A DNA stretch of 64,000 bases, taken from Eledone cirrhosa. Taxonomy: Eukaryota. How positions within the stretch are numbered: the stretch's first letter is position 1; the number at the start of each line of letters is the position of its first letter. The DNA lies in assembly GCA_964016885.1 (NCBI GenBank), contig OZ024741.1, forward strand, positions 89,094,001 through 89,158,000, written 5' to 3'. A program made the position numbers and the translations under genes. Below the pieces are notes generated by a model. It saw only the letters and a list, made by a program, of their open reading frames with translations. It searched no databases and was not told where the DNA came from. Below are positions 1 to 11,712 of the stretch, piece by piece.

Positions 1-1052
1 ACAACAATAACAAACACGAGAACAATGTCTAGAACCACCACCACCACCACCACCACCACCATCACGACTATCACGACTATCACAACCATCAACACTACAC
101 TACCCCCACCACCATTACCATTACTACCACCACCACCACAACCATCATCATCACAGCCATCACTAACACAATTAACACAACCACCACCGCTGCCGCCACC
201 ACCACCACCACCACCACCACCACCACTACCATCAACACTACTCCCCAAACCATCACCATTACTACCACCACCACCACAATCATCATCATAACAACCATCA
301 CAATTAACACAACCACCACAACCACCACCGCGACTATCACAACCATCAACACTACCCCACAACCATTACTACCACCACCACCACAACCACCACCACCATA
401 CAACCACCACAACCATCCTCATCACAGCCATCACTAACACAACAATTAACGCCACCACCACCACCACGACTATCACGACCATCAACACTGACGCGCCCCC
501 ACCCGCTACCACCGCCACCACCACAACTATCATCATCACAGCCACCACTAACATAACAATTAACACCACCACAACGATCATCACCCCCCCCCCCCCCAAC
601 CACCACCACCACCACCATACAACCACCACTACCATCATCATCACAGCCACCACTAGCACAACAATTAGCACCACTACCACCCCAATATAACCACCACCAC
701 TCCCACAACCACCAGCCTCTATTCACTCGTTGTCTAACCTCTTTCCAAACTCACCAGCCGCCGCCACCACGCCATTCGCACTCAGCCCTCCTATTGCTGT
801 TTTATTTCATTCAAATCAACACCAATACCACCAACACAAACACCAATACCACCACTACTACCATTACTAGAGCTATTACCACCAATACTACCACCGTAAA
901 TACAACTATCACCATTACTACTACCACGATTACAACCACCAGCATCACAATCAGCCCTACAACTACTGTCTCCAACTCCATACACCCCACCACCCCCATC
1001 GCCCCCAACCTCCATACCACCACCACCATCAACCTCCATACCACCACCACTA
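1..1052. repeat. Degenerate (ACC/ACA/ACT)n trinucleotide low-complexity tract
   Basis: Near-continuous ACC/ATC/ACT triplets; ORFs here are poly-T/P/V/G artefacts. Confidence 0.95.
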
Positions 1053-1200
1053 ACGCAATGAAGTGAAGACTATATAGCAGCTGCTCTCATCTCTTAAGCA
1101 GAGAAAATATATATGTAATGACACTGCATTGGTCACCTGCTTTTACTGAAACTATGTATGTATGTATGTACGTATGTATGTATGTATGTATGTATGTATG

Positions 1201-1231
<31 letters not shown>

Positions 1232-1276
1232 GTAAGTATGTATAGATGGATGAATGGATGGGTGTGTTGCTGCGTT

Positions 1277-1309
<33 letters not shown>

Positions 1310-1396
1310 GCAAAAGTAAACGGAAACAATAATGCAAACAGCACAGTACTACGAAGAAATATATTAGTGTAATGCTTGATATAGAAGGAAAAGAGT

Positions 1397-1430
1397 GTTT
1401 ACGTTTCGGACACTAGTTCTTTATCAGAAG
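1397..1430 (-). ncRNA. Degenerate minimal hammerhead motif (family L)
   Basis: Minus strand CTT-CTGATAA-agaactagtgtcc-GAAA-cg-TA; G8 is A and the stems are weak. Confidence 0.4.
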
Positions 1431-1519
1431 ATAGAAATGCTGAAATAGATATAGTGAGAAGAGGAAGAACGAAAAATAAAAATTTGAGACAAGGCACGTG
1501 TGTATTCAGTCAGCCATTT

Positions 1520-1552
<33 letters not shown>

Positions 1553-1558
<6 letters not shown>

Positions 1559-2026
1559 ATACTTGGGGAGGGTCATATTGTTGTAATAATATTGCCAGAA
1601 TTAATAAAAAAACACACTCACTGTTTGGTTGGTTTTCGCTTCTGTATCTTTTATATCAGTTAATTCATTCGGTCCTCAATGTTTACCATTGACTGACCAA
1701 GGGTAAAAAATACAGATATAATATAGACATAATAGGAACATAATAGCACCACTGACAATGTTGCAAATGTGCAACGAAAGAACTTTGCTAGACTATATAT
1801 ATGTGTTTGTGTCTATATTATATCTGTATTTTTGACCGTTGGTCAGTCAATGGTAAACATTGAGGACCGAATGAATTAACTGATATAAAAGATACAGAAG
1901 CGAAAACCAACCAAACAGTGAGTGTGTTTTGTTATTAATTCTGGTAATATTATTACACAAATATGACCCTCGCCAAGTATAACAATATTTGTTTCGACAC
2001 ACGATTTCATATCAAAAACCTCGCAA

Positions 2027-2031
<5 letters not shown>
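1553..2031 (+). mobile_element. PLE pseudo-LTR fold-back insertion (family A): inverted copy 1553-1730, sense copy 1731-1987, tail to 2031
   Basis: 1553-1730 is the reverse complement of about 1811-1987; HHR-like motif at 1744-1790 (CTGACAA...GAAA); (TA)n on both sides; same sequence as the terminus of the GIY-YIG element at 2056. Confidence 0.85.
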
Positions 2032-2055
<24 letters not shown>

Positions 2056-2057
<2 letters not shown>

Positions 2058-3005
2058 TGTTATACTTGGGGAGGGTCATATTTGTGTAATAATATTGCCA
2101 GAATTAATAACAGAACACACTCACTGTTTGATTGGTTTTCGCTTCTGTGTCTTTTATATCGGTTAATTTAATTTATTCGGTCCTCAATGTTACCATTGAC
2201 TAACCAACGTTCAAAAATACAGATACAATATAGACACAAACACATATATATAGTCTATCAAAGTTCTTTCGTTGCACATCTGCAACATCGTCAGTGGTGC
2301 TATTATGTTTCCTCCCGTTGCATTGTATGGCTACGCCATCTTTATTTAGTCTGTTTATTTATTTATTTATTTGTTTATTTTTTTGTCTTCTCTGCGCATG
2401 CGTTTGCGTGTGTGTATAGTGTTTTGTTTGATGTGTGTTCTTGTTTGGGTGATTGTGTATTGGTTAATGTATTCTATCTTAGTTTACTAGTGTGTGTTTA
2501 TATGTGTTTGTTGTTATTGTCCTTGTGTATGTATTTATTTATTTATTTATTTAATTATTTATACTTCTCTTAGGTGTTGTTATTCCATTCATTTTTTCTC
2601 TTTAGCCTTGGCCTTCTAAGTTCTATTTCGCTGGCCTCTCTGATTTGCCTATCTGCTGGGTCATTTCTATGTTTAGATATTATTCTAACTTCTATGTTGT
2701 CTATGTTACCGTTGTGTTGTTGTCTGGCATGTTCGTATAGTACTGAACCGTTTTTTCGTCCTTTTAGTTCCCCCCAGTGTTGGTCTATGCTTTCACCTAT
2801 GTTACGAGCTGTCTCGCCTATGTATGTTGTTGTCATGTTTCTGCAAGTACCCTCTGTATTCTTATGCTATAGACTACGTTTCTAGTTTTACAGTTTATCC
2901 GGGGGTTTACTTTACATATGATACATTTCCTATTAGTACAGTGGGTTTTCTTAAAGAGGTAGGTTTTGCTAATCAGGGATTTTATGGTGGTTCCTGGCTT
3001 TTCTA

Positions 3006-3009
<4 letters not shown>
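2056..3009 (-). mobile_element. Penelope-like retroelement 3' fragment (Cys-rich linker, GIY-YIG endonuclease, pLTR)
   Basis: Minus strand reads MVEKPGTTIKSLISK..HCTNRKCIICK..NCKTRNVVY, then after a frameshift TYIGETARN..EH..RQIREASEI..RPRL (ORF 2570-2836), followed by an HHR-bearing terminal region. Confidence 0.9.
2258..2297 (-). ncRNA. Hammerhead ribozyme motif (family A)
   Basis: CTGACGA-t-gttgca(gatg)tgcaac-GAAA-gaac-TT; intact core and 6-bp stem II, short stem I. Confidence 0.7.
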
Positions 3010-3075
<66 letters not shown>

Positions 3076-3079
<4 letters not shown>

Positions 3080-4078
3080 GAACTTCTCTATGCTGACGAT
3101 CTGGTACTTATAGCAGAATCAGTAAAGGAGGTAGAGAACAAATTCTGGCTGTGGAGACAGCAGTTGGAATCAAGGGGACTGAGAGTGAACCTAGCAAAGA
3201 TTAAAGTGTTGATAAGTAGGAAAGAGGACAAGACACTGATTGCTTCAGGAAAATGACCATGCTCGATATGTAGAAAAGGAGTTGGCATAAACTCTATAGA
3301 ATGTAGACAATGCAGATCTTGGGCACACAAGAGATAGTGAGATAGCTGGCAAACTAACAGGAAAGGAAAACTTCATATGTTCAGATGTTCAGGGACAATT
3401 GACAGTAGAAGTGTCAGTGATAGGCATATTTTCAAACGCAGGTAGGGTCCATTGAGGTGGTTGATAGCTTCCGATATCTAAGTGATCAGATTTACAAGAG
3501 AGGAGGATGCTTCGAGGCCATATTATGTAGAATAAGGACAGGATGGAAGAAGTTTAGGGAGCTGCTTCCTCTGTTGACAACGAAGGGTTTCTCCCCATGA
3601 ACGAAAGGTCGGTTATATGATGCCTGTGTGAGATGCGTGATGTTGCATGGTAGTGAGACATGGGCAGCAACTGCGGAGGATATGCGAAGGCTGGAGAGAA
3701 ATGAAGCAAGCATGCTCTGATAGATGTGCAATGTCAATGTGCGTGAACGACCAAGCATGGACGAGTTGAGAGTGAAACTGTGTGTAAAAGGTATAAACTG
3801 TAGAGTGGAGGAGAGAAGACTGCGTTGGTATGGCAATGTGATGCACATGGAAGATGACCACTGAGTGAAGAAGTGCCAAGAAATCCCGGTGGAAGGAAAA
3901 TGCAGTAGAGGAAGACCACGAAAAACATAGGCAGAGGTGGTGAGAACTGATCTCAGATAGATGAAGCTCACAGAAGAGATGACGAAGGACCGTGACAAGT
4001 GGAGTGATGCTGTGCTGAAGAGAACCAGTCCCACCCTTGCAAGCAATATAAAGCAAACGTAATATGATGATGATGATA
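3076..4078 (+). mobile_element. RTE-clade LINE, 5'-truncated and decayed (RT C-terminal half and 3' end)
   Basis: WELLYADDLVLIAES..LESRGLRVNLAKIKV; later MLHGSETW, RLRWYGNV, RGRPRKT; in-frame stops; (GAT)n tail; sits in (TA)n. Confidence 0.9.
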
Positions 4079-4493
4079 TATATATATAGACAAAGCATGA
4101 CCGAATGGATAAGAATTTCACACATTAATCAGGTCCCGGTCTGACCCGATTGTGTTCTCAGATCATCCCAAACCCTGTGAATAAAATTGGAGAGATGGAA
4201 AATGTATAGAAACCTGTCGAATAGAGCGTACATGTTAAGCAAAGGGCCAAACTTGTCACACTCAGTGTCACGCTGAATCACCAAGGAAAGCGAATGCACT
4301 TATCAATAGAATGCTCAGCTACTAACACGTTAATTTCATGAGCAGGCTGATGGAACAACTGAAGCACTTATTGTTGAAACCGATGGAACCATTCCACACA
4401 CACACACACACACATATATATACATGCATATATGCATATAAACACACGCGCGCGCGCGCGGTCACACACATACACATACACACTCACACATAT

Positions 4494-4575
<82 letters not shown>

Positions 4576-4578
4576 AGG

Positions 4579-4584
4579 GTTGAC

Positions 4585-4642
<58 letters not shown>

Positions 4643-4815
4643 ATCACACTGAAAACACCAGTTCTCGTCCGATCACCGAAGTTAAGAAACCTCAAGCCTA
4701 GTTAGTACTTAGATGGGTGACCGCTTGGGAAACCTAGGTGCTCTAAACATTTCCTTTCAAGCGTGGTGCTCCAGCATGGCCTCAGCCGGATGGCTGGCAC
4801 AGGTAAAAGAATAAA
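4579..4815 (+). mobile_element. 5S rRNA-derived SINE-like copy (5S head interrupted by a TA/GT microsatellite, plus SINE tail)
   Basis: GTTGACGGACATA...TCACACTGAAAACACCAGTTCTCGTCCGATCACCGAAGTTAAG..GTTAGTACTTAGATGGGTGACCGCTTGGGAA..GGTGCT resembles invertebrate 5S rRNA; tail CCAGCATGGCCTCAGCCGGATGGCTG..GGTAAAAGA recurs at 56573-56620. Confidence 0.8.
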
Positions 4816-4817
4816 CT

Positions 4818-5031
4818 CAGGGGCGGTGGAAGCATTTCTTTATTGGTCAATTTAGTTGTAGTGATTAGTTAAGCTCTTTGCACTCTAAAATGGTCAGAAA
4901 ACTTCCACATGCGGTAAACATAACATGTACATAAATTGTAGCGCATATCCAAATAGATGTGTGTTTTGGTAGTTTAGGAAGAAAAATATAATTATGGGGG
5001 TGGGGTGTCTCCTCCCAGTTCCACCGCCATT
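4818..5031. mobile_element. Possible hAT-type MITE
   Basis: Imperfect TIRs CAGGGGCGGTGGAA...TTCCACCGCCATTG; no clear TSD. Confidence 0.5.
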
Positions 5032-5073
5032 GTGTGTGTGTATACACACAGACACACTCACACACACATGATA

Positions 5074-5197
5074 ACCACAAACCCTCCTTCTCAATTCTAC
5101 TTTTGAAAAGCATAAGAACTGTGAAACCGGTAAAGGAAACAAATAAATATTCTTAAAAAGACTCCAGTTGCATTTTCGATTTCATCTTTTTTCCTTA
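5074..5197 (+). mobile_element. HHR-bearing PLE-like terminal fragment (family B, U3-A8 core at 5100-5135)
   Basis: Homologous to 47215-47350; CTT-TTGAAAA-gcat..ctgt-GAAA-ccgg-TA-AAG. Confidence 0.7.
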
Positions 5198-5834
5198 TAT
5201 ATATAATTGGAAAATAGTAAAATCGAATCTCTGGCGGTTTGCAAGTAAATTCGGCCTACTTATATGAAATGATGAGTTAGCAAAGCACTCGATAAGTTGG
5301 GGCCTTAGAGTAATAACATACGTTTAAATAGCTTGACAAATCGAACATTGTGGTAGGCGAATCTAACACACAATATATACCAAAGTAACGATAGAACTAA
5401 TCAGGTTGAGAAAAATACACCTGGACAAATCAAACGATCAATCGTTTAAAGTGTTTCTTTGAATCCGAAATCAAATATCAGACTTACGTGACTGGCAAGC
5501 TCGTGGTATTCATGATCGACGGAGGATTCAGTTTTTCAACAGGTTTTTCGTTCTACCAAGGACCGAAGTGATAAGCTATATGTTGCTGCTATATATGCTG
5601 CGTACCGTATCTATAGCTGTCACGTGTTAATTCCGGCAAGGGAAATAACCCCGGTTTTTGGCGGGTCATTCAAACTGTTTTGGCGGGTCATTCAAAGAAA
5701 TATTTTAATTTCCGCTAATCATCATGATAAGCTCTCAACTATATATCATCATTCATTCTCATCTCGGGAACAATTTTGAATAGCGCCAGTTCGTAATTTG
5801 AACTCGAGAATTTTATATTCTCCGAGTGAAAAGA

Positions 5835-5918
5835 ACCTTCTGACGAGAGTTTATCTTTTCAATGGAAGACCGCAAGGACTGATTTATTTTTGATACTCGA
5901 AACCAATTCGGTAAAGGT
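5835..5918 (+). ncRNA. Hammerhead ribozyme, type I (family C)
   Basis: ACCTT-CTGACGA-GAGT...ACTC-GAAA-ccaattcgg-TA-AAGGT; stem I 5 bp, stem II base 4 bp. Confidence 0.85.
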
Positions 5919-6317
5919 AACCATAGTGAGTACGGTGAATTTTTTGAAATTTATTTTGAAACTTTTTCTTATTTGCTAAACCTTGATTAGATATGTTCTG
6001 GCTCGTTAATTTATTAACCTGCCATTGAACCACATTGGCATATGGTTGGACAATACATGTGTCCCTGAATGCTTTTTGCGTGTTGGGATATATACTTTAT
6101 TATTATTAATCTCCTCTTGGTTGAGAAAAAATTTTGTCATTTTGACTGCTGCTATTTATAGTGGTAGTAGACTGACCTCCCTGCCTCTGCTTCTATCTTT
6201 ACACACGGCACTGGACAGAATTGCTTCCACATCATTCATTCTCATCTCAGGAACAATTTTGAATAGCGCCAGTTCGTAATTTGAACTCGGGAATTTTATA
6301 TTCTCCGAGTGAAAAGA

Positions 6318-6404
6318 ACCTTCTGACGAGAGTTTATCTTTTCAATGGAAGGCCGCAAGGACTGTCCATTTATTTTTGAGACTCGAAACCGATTCGGTAA
6401 AGGT
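6318..6404 (+). ncRNA. Hammerhead ribozyme, type I (family C)
   Basis: ACCTT-CTGACGA-GAGT...ACTC-GAAA-CCG(att)CGG-TA-AAGGT; all core nucleotides and three stems present. Confidence 0.9.
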
Positions 6405-6593
6405 AACCATAGTGAGTACAGTGAATTTTTTGAAATTTATTTTGAAACATTTTCTTATTTGCTAAACCTTGATTATATATATATATATATCATTTTTTAA
6501 AATTAATCTCTGTACCCCCTCCTAAGGGGGTTGATGTATCGAACGTCTTCGCATTTGGTAAGAAACTGGTATTATACCAAATTTCTTCACCTG

Positions 6594-6626
<33 letters not shown>

Positions 6627-6628
<2 letters not shown>

Positions 6629-6777
6629 TTCATTTATTATGACTATTGGTGAGATTTGTTACTCTAGGTGTCACCTGTGCACTCACAGTAACACCAGTCT
6701 TGTCTGATGATCTTGTGAGTACCCAGGTGAGGCTCCAGAGTAATAAGACTCATCACTTAGCCATAATAAATGAATAT
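6627..6777 (+). mobile_element. Small fold-back with degenerate HHR (family D)
   Basis: 6627-6688 is an imperfect reverse complement of 6712-6777; AGTCTTGT-CTGATGA..GAGG-ctccagag-TA-ATAAGACT; homolog at 12690-12764 retains GAAA. Confidence 0.65.
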
Positions 6778-6779
6778 TT

Positions 6780-7700
6780 AAACTCTACTTCCCTCTATGT
6801 CTATCACAAAAAACTCTTTTTAATCCCCCTCTCTGTAAATACTAAAACCAAACTCTGCCCCTCTATATATCTACCATGACACCAACTCTCTTACCCCCTT
6901 CTCTATATCTAACACTAATACGCTCACCCTTCTCTATAAATATCTACACTTATCTCTCCCAACCGCCCTCACTATATCAATCACCCCTAAACTCTCCCCC
7001 TCTCTATATCTACTACATGGCACTTTCCCATTACCCCTCTCTATATATCTACAACCATCAAATTCTCCCCCTCGCTATATCTAACATACAGAACAATCTC
7101 CCAATCACCCTCTTTATACCAATCATCTCCAAACTCTCCCCCTCACCATCTCTACCAGACTCTTTTGTAATTGTTCTCTCTCTATCCATCACAAACTCCC
7201 CCTTTTATATCTTTAATGACAATATCTCATCCAGTCCCCCTCTATATATTTAGCGATATTTATCTCACCCAACTCCCTCATTATCTCCTATCAATTACCA
7301 CCAAACTATTCCCCTCTCTACATCTACCATACAACACACTCTCTCTCTCTTTCCCTCTCACTCTATCACTGCCTAACTCTTCTCCTCTCTATATCTAACG
7401 ATAGGTATCTCTATCAATCCTCTCACTCTATTCATTACAACCAAACTCTCCCCCTCTCTACATCAATCATACAACATTCTCTCCCAATGCCCCTTCTTTA
7501 TCAATTAACATCAAACTCTCCTCCTCTCTATATCAATTAACACCAAACTCTCCCCCTCCCAATATCTACTACACAGAAGCCTCTTCGAATACCCCTCTCT
7601 ATAACAACTAATGTCAAAATCTCCCCCTCTCTATATCTACCATACAACACTCATCCTCGCTCACTCAATCCATCACTACCAAACTCGCTCCCTCTCTATA
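6780..7700. repeat. Degenerate CT-rich minisatellite (AAACTCTCCCCCTCTCTATATCTACCA-like units)
   Basis: Recurrent roughly 30-40-bp motif with strong pyrimidine strand bias. Confidence 0.85.
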
Positions 7701-8385
7701 TTATGCAGCGGATGTTAACAGCAGACGGACCGCCTGACCATCGAAGCACGTCCATTCCACAAAGCGAAAGAGCAAACGCTCCAGTCCAGTGAAACGAGGC
7801 TTTGGACATGATATGACGGTCAGACTGCAGTAGATGACGGACGCGATGTACGCCTTCACCAACTCCACTCGACCTTTCAGGGATAGCTTCCTCTCAGCCC
7901 GTTTCTGGTTGAGAGTGGCCACCCTGCTCTTCACCTCGTCCCAGTTTTTGTCCGTCTGGAGATCCGGAACAAATCAGACCCCGAGAAATTTAACCGATCC
8001 GTCTAGTGCTCAACGACGCTATTGGACGATATGGACCTGCCTCACCAGGTGCTGAGCTGCAGGCCTACTGATTTTGGTTAATTTGTGCTCCTGTTATCAC
8101 CTCGTTATCACCTCGTATTCTCTCAGAGCAGCGCCAGTCGCTTCGATGTGTTTGGCGCTCGATACCATTACAGTGACGTCATAGGCATAAATGACACGAT
8201 TCTCCCGCATCCTAGTTCGTGCGGGATGCCCCTCAACGCGTCCCCAGTTTGTGTAATAATGGCTCGAGAGGGGACAACCATGGTGAACCTAGCGCATGAT
8301 GTTGAAAGGTTTCGAAAGGTGACCGTTCACTCTCACTCCCCATTGCAGCGATCCACCCTCTGACAACGGGCCCAAAACCGGCTGA
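7701..8385 (-). mobile_element. Tx1/L1-clade LINE RT fragment
   Basis: Minus strand YAYDVTVMVS (YADD-like), FLGVxFVPDLQTDKNWDEV, RKLSLKGRVELVK..LLFRF. Confidence 0.8.
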
Positions 8386-8399
8386 TCAGAGGTATTTAA

Positions 8400-8680
8400 T
8401 AGTATAGTGAAGGTGGATTATCTGCAGGTTCCTTATGTGTTCAGCTTAAATGTTCTCCTTTTCACTAATCTTTGTATTATCATCTGCAGCGCAGCTGATT
8501 TCCACTACTGTGCATGCCTTCTTTTCTCTCTTTCCATATCATTATGTCTGGTCTCTTATGTTTACTTTTTATTGGGGTTTTGACTGGAATATTCCACTAG
8601 TACTCTTTCATATTATATGTCCGTATACCATCCAGATCAAATGTTAATACTTTTATCTGCAACACTATCCTTTCTGTGGA
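8400..8680 (-). mobile_element. R4/Dong-like RLE-type LINE fragment
   Basis: Minus strand EYxWNIPVKTPIKSKH..RPDIMIW..ACTVVEISCAAD..KISEKENI; same family as 10183-10951. Confidence 0.75.
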
Positions 8681-8710
8681 TTATATGTATGTATGTATGT
8701 ATGTATGTGT

Positions 8711-9324
8711 TATGTCAGGTCAGCAGTTGGTGCTACTGGTAACATGTATCCCAGTACAACCTGTCTCATGGTCGGGTCGTTGGCGACTAAACTGGCAACC
8801 CCACCAAGGTTTCTTGGTGAGGAGGGTGACTTTGGACATCCTGCAGGACTAAAAAACAAAACCTGTCAAAGGGCAAAGGAGCTCTTAAGAGTCAATGGCC
8901 ATCCAAAATCACCGGGAGAGATGACCCCTTAGCCTTTGTCAAGGCAGAATTCTAGGAGAAGGAAAACTCTGATATAACACCTGCAACTCTGATAGTATCC
9001 AATGATGTTGACTTGTTCTTCTTTTTGGTAAATATCATCTTGGTTAAGAGAGTGGGACTGGCTTTGTGCAGTGCCTTTGCTCACTATAAAAGCTTCACGG
9101 CACAGGCATTGCTTTATATCTGGAGATCTATCTGCACTTGTCGTCACATGGTACCATGGGCCCAGCACTATATGTCAATAATTGTCACAAGTGTAGTGTT
9201 TGTACCAGAGTTTTCAAGTCGCTGGCTGGACTAAAAAGTCACACTCGTTCAGCGCATCGGTAGGGGTTCTCCTACATGGATATATAGTAGTGGCCGTACT
9301 CGAAAACGAGTTGGCAGCCACCAT
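8711..9324 (+). mobile_element. Non-coding (TATG)n-associated retroposon with RTE-5'UTR-like motifs
   Basis: Contains CTAGGAGAAGGAAAACTCTGA and GGCGACTAAAC; ends GAGTTGGCAGCCACC-ATGTAT; related copies at 11125-11672, 11713-12120 and 12157-12602. Confidence 0.7.
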
Positions 9325-9569
9325 GTATATGTGTGTATGTGTGTATACATATGTATGTATGTGTGTGTGTGGATGGATGGATAGTTGAATGCATGCATGT
9401 ATATATGTATGTATGTACGATGTATGTATATATGCTGTGTATCCATGCATATAAGTATGTATTATGTATGTATGCATGGATGTATGTATGTATATATATA
9501 TATATGTGTGTATGTGTGTATACATACCTACATACAAAGTACATACACATACATACACACACACGCACA

Positions 9570-9602
<33 letters not shown>

Positions 9603-10123
9603 TCACACAGACACACCCCCACCCACACCCCCACACCCACCCACACACCCACACACACACAAGTGCGTCCAGGAAGAACCCACCCACAAGCTGCCTCTAA
9701 GAAAACCAGCTGCTCAACCCGGATGTTTCTGTCCACCACAGCTCATCGGCCGCTTCCATACGACAATGTTGATGATACATACCACACAGCCATCCGTTAC
9801 GACAGCTCACAATACTTTAATGATACAGATGGCTGCTCAGTGAGAGACAGAGAGAAAGGAGATAACGAGGGGCAAAAGGAAAGGAGCTAGAGGGAGCGGT
9901 CCAGAAAGATATCAGGTGAGGGTAGAAGAGGTAGGGGGAGGGCTCAGAAAAAGAGTGGGAAAGAGAGAAAGAGACAGGTGGTGGTGGTGGTGGTGGTGGT
10001 AGTGGTGGGTCATCTGTTACCGAACTGTTTTGTCAATGAGATGTTATATACTTTAATGAACCACTCAATAATTCATTTTGAAATAACGGTCGATGTGCGC
10101 GCGTAGATATATATCAATATACA

Positions 10124-10157
<34 letters not shown>

Positions 10158-10182
10158 CATACATACATACATACATACACAT

Positions 10183-10951
10183 AAAGATGTCATCACGGTA
10201 CTATCTACCTATGAGGCATGATGTAGTGGCCAAAAAACTGTACAATGCAATCCGTAGAAAAGATAGTCCCGACAATAAACACATTAAAAGCTACAGCAAT
10301 GTGGAAGATATACACACATAATATGAAAGAGTACTGGTGGAATGCTTCAGTCAAAACCCCAATAAAATGCAGGCATAATAGACCAGGTATGATGATATGG
10401 GACAGGGGAAAAAGCAGTGGAAAAGAAAGTAGTGGAAGTTAGCTGCCCAGCAGATGCCAATATAATATTAAAGATTAGTGAAAAGGAGAATATCTATGCA
10501 GAACTAAAGAGAAATCTGCATATACTCCACCCTGACTATACCTTCAGATTTATACCTGTGATTGTTGGGGCATTGCGGTATGTTAGTAACTGCCTCAGTA
10601 CAAATCTCGAGAAGCTAGGCTTCACAGAAACAGAAAGAACACAACTAGTTTGAAAATTAAAAGTACAATCCATTAATAGAACAGTAAAAATGTAAAACAT
10701 TCCAAAAATTCTGCATGTAATAACTGCATATACACATGTACAGATACAAAACATATGCACAAGCACACATACAACTCAAAACAAAACATCCATACATACA
10801 TTAACATCCATACCGGCACACACATGCATGCAGACATGCATACGTATCTACCTAGTTGATGTTGTGTAAATTCCAATGAGAGAGTCTTGTGTCTATGTTA
10901 GAAACCGACTCTCTATTGGTAAAAATTTGTGAAATTATAAAGCCAGAAGAA
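10183..10951 (+). mobile_element. R4/Dong-like non-LTR retrotransposon 3' part (restriction-like endonuclease and 3' UTR)
   Basis: RHDVVAK, EYWWN..HNRPGMMIWDR, VVEVSCPADAN..KENIY, FIPVIVGAL; frameshifted; inserted in (TACA)n. Confidence 0.85.
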
Positions 10952-11124
10952 CACACACACACATACACACACATATATGTATATATAATATATATATATT
11001 AATGAAGTAGAGACTCGACTGCGAGCGTTTTCCGCTTGTTACAATCACACACATGTTATACATATATATATATATATACATACATATATATACATATATA
11101 CATATAATATGTATGTATGTGTCT

Positions 11125-11672
11125 TATGTCGGGTCGCTCTTCAACGTTACTGGTAACATGTAACCCAATACAACCTCTGCATGGTCGGATCGTCGGCGAC
11201 TAAACCGGCAGCCCAAGCAAGCTTTCTTGGTGAGCAGGGTGATTTTGGACACCCGGTGGGATGAAAAACAAAACCCGTCATAGGGCGGAGGAACTCAGGA
11301 GAGTCAACGGCCATCCAATAAAGTATTTTTTGTTTGTTTGTTTGGAGCGAGAGACTTCTAGTGTTCATTAAGACATCTCTCAGGGAGAAGGTCACCCTAA
11401 TATATAACCTGCGACTTCGTTTACATCCAATGATGGAGACCAGTTCTTCTTTTTGGACAAATGTATTCGATGTTCAGAGAGTGGGATTGGCGCCGTGCAA
11501 CGCTTTTCCTCACTTAAAAAAGCTTCAAGTACAGACATAACTTGAAATGTGACATTTTTTGCGATGCATGGTATTGCTGGCCATAGGCAAGTCCCTAGCA
11601 GGACTAAAAAGCCACGAGGTTTAAATATCAACCGATAGCATTAATCAAAATCGAGTTGCACCCATCATCATG
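11125..11672 (+). mobile_element. (TATG)n-associated retroposon, diverged subfamily
   Basis: 5' part homologous to 8711-8905; ends GAGTTGCACCCATCATCATGTATG. Confidence 0.65.
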
Positions 11673-11712
11673 TATGTATGTATGTATGTATGTATGTATG
11701 TATGTATGAGGT

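Larger units (their letters stand above)
5747..6475 (+). mobile_element. Tandem pLTR or retrozyme-like unit (family C): about 245-bp direct repeats at 5747-5989 and 6230-6475
   Basis: Near-identical direct repeats, each with an HHR; TA runs at both ends; the spacer is weakly GIY-YIG-like when translated. Confidence 0.85.

Noticed and set aside
25-1066. Pro/Thr/Val/Gly-rich ORFs resembling mucin or extensin
   Set aside because: Open in several frames on both strands only because of (ACC)n low complexity; no splice or domain evidence
3492-4125. 209-aa and 170-aa minus-strand ORFs
   Set aside because: Antisense to a decayed RTE reverse transcriptase
4579-4752. Functional 5S rRNA gene
   Set aside because: Interrupted by about 50 bp of microsatellite, diverged, single, and fused to a SINE-like tail
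5205-5740. Complex sequence between TA runs with a short direct repeat
   Set aside because: Probably a repeat insertion, but no TIR, ORF or ribozyme could be supported
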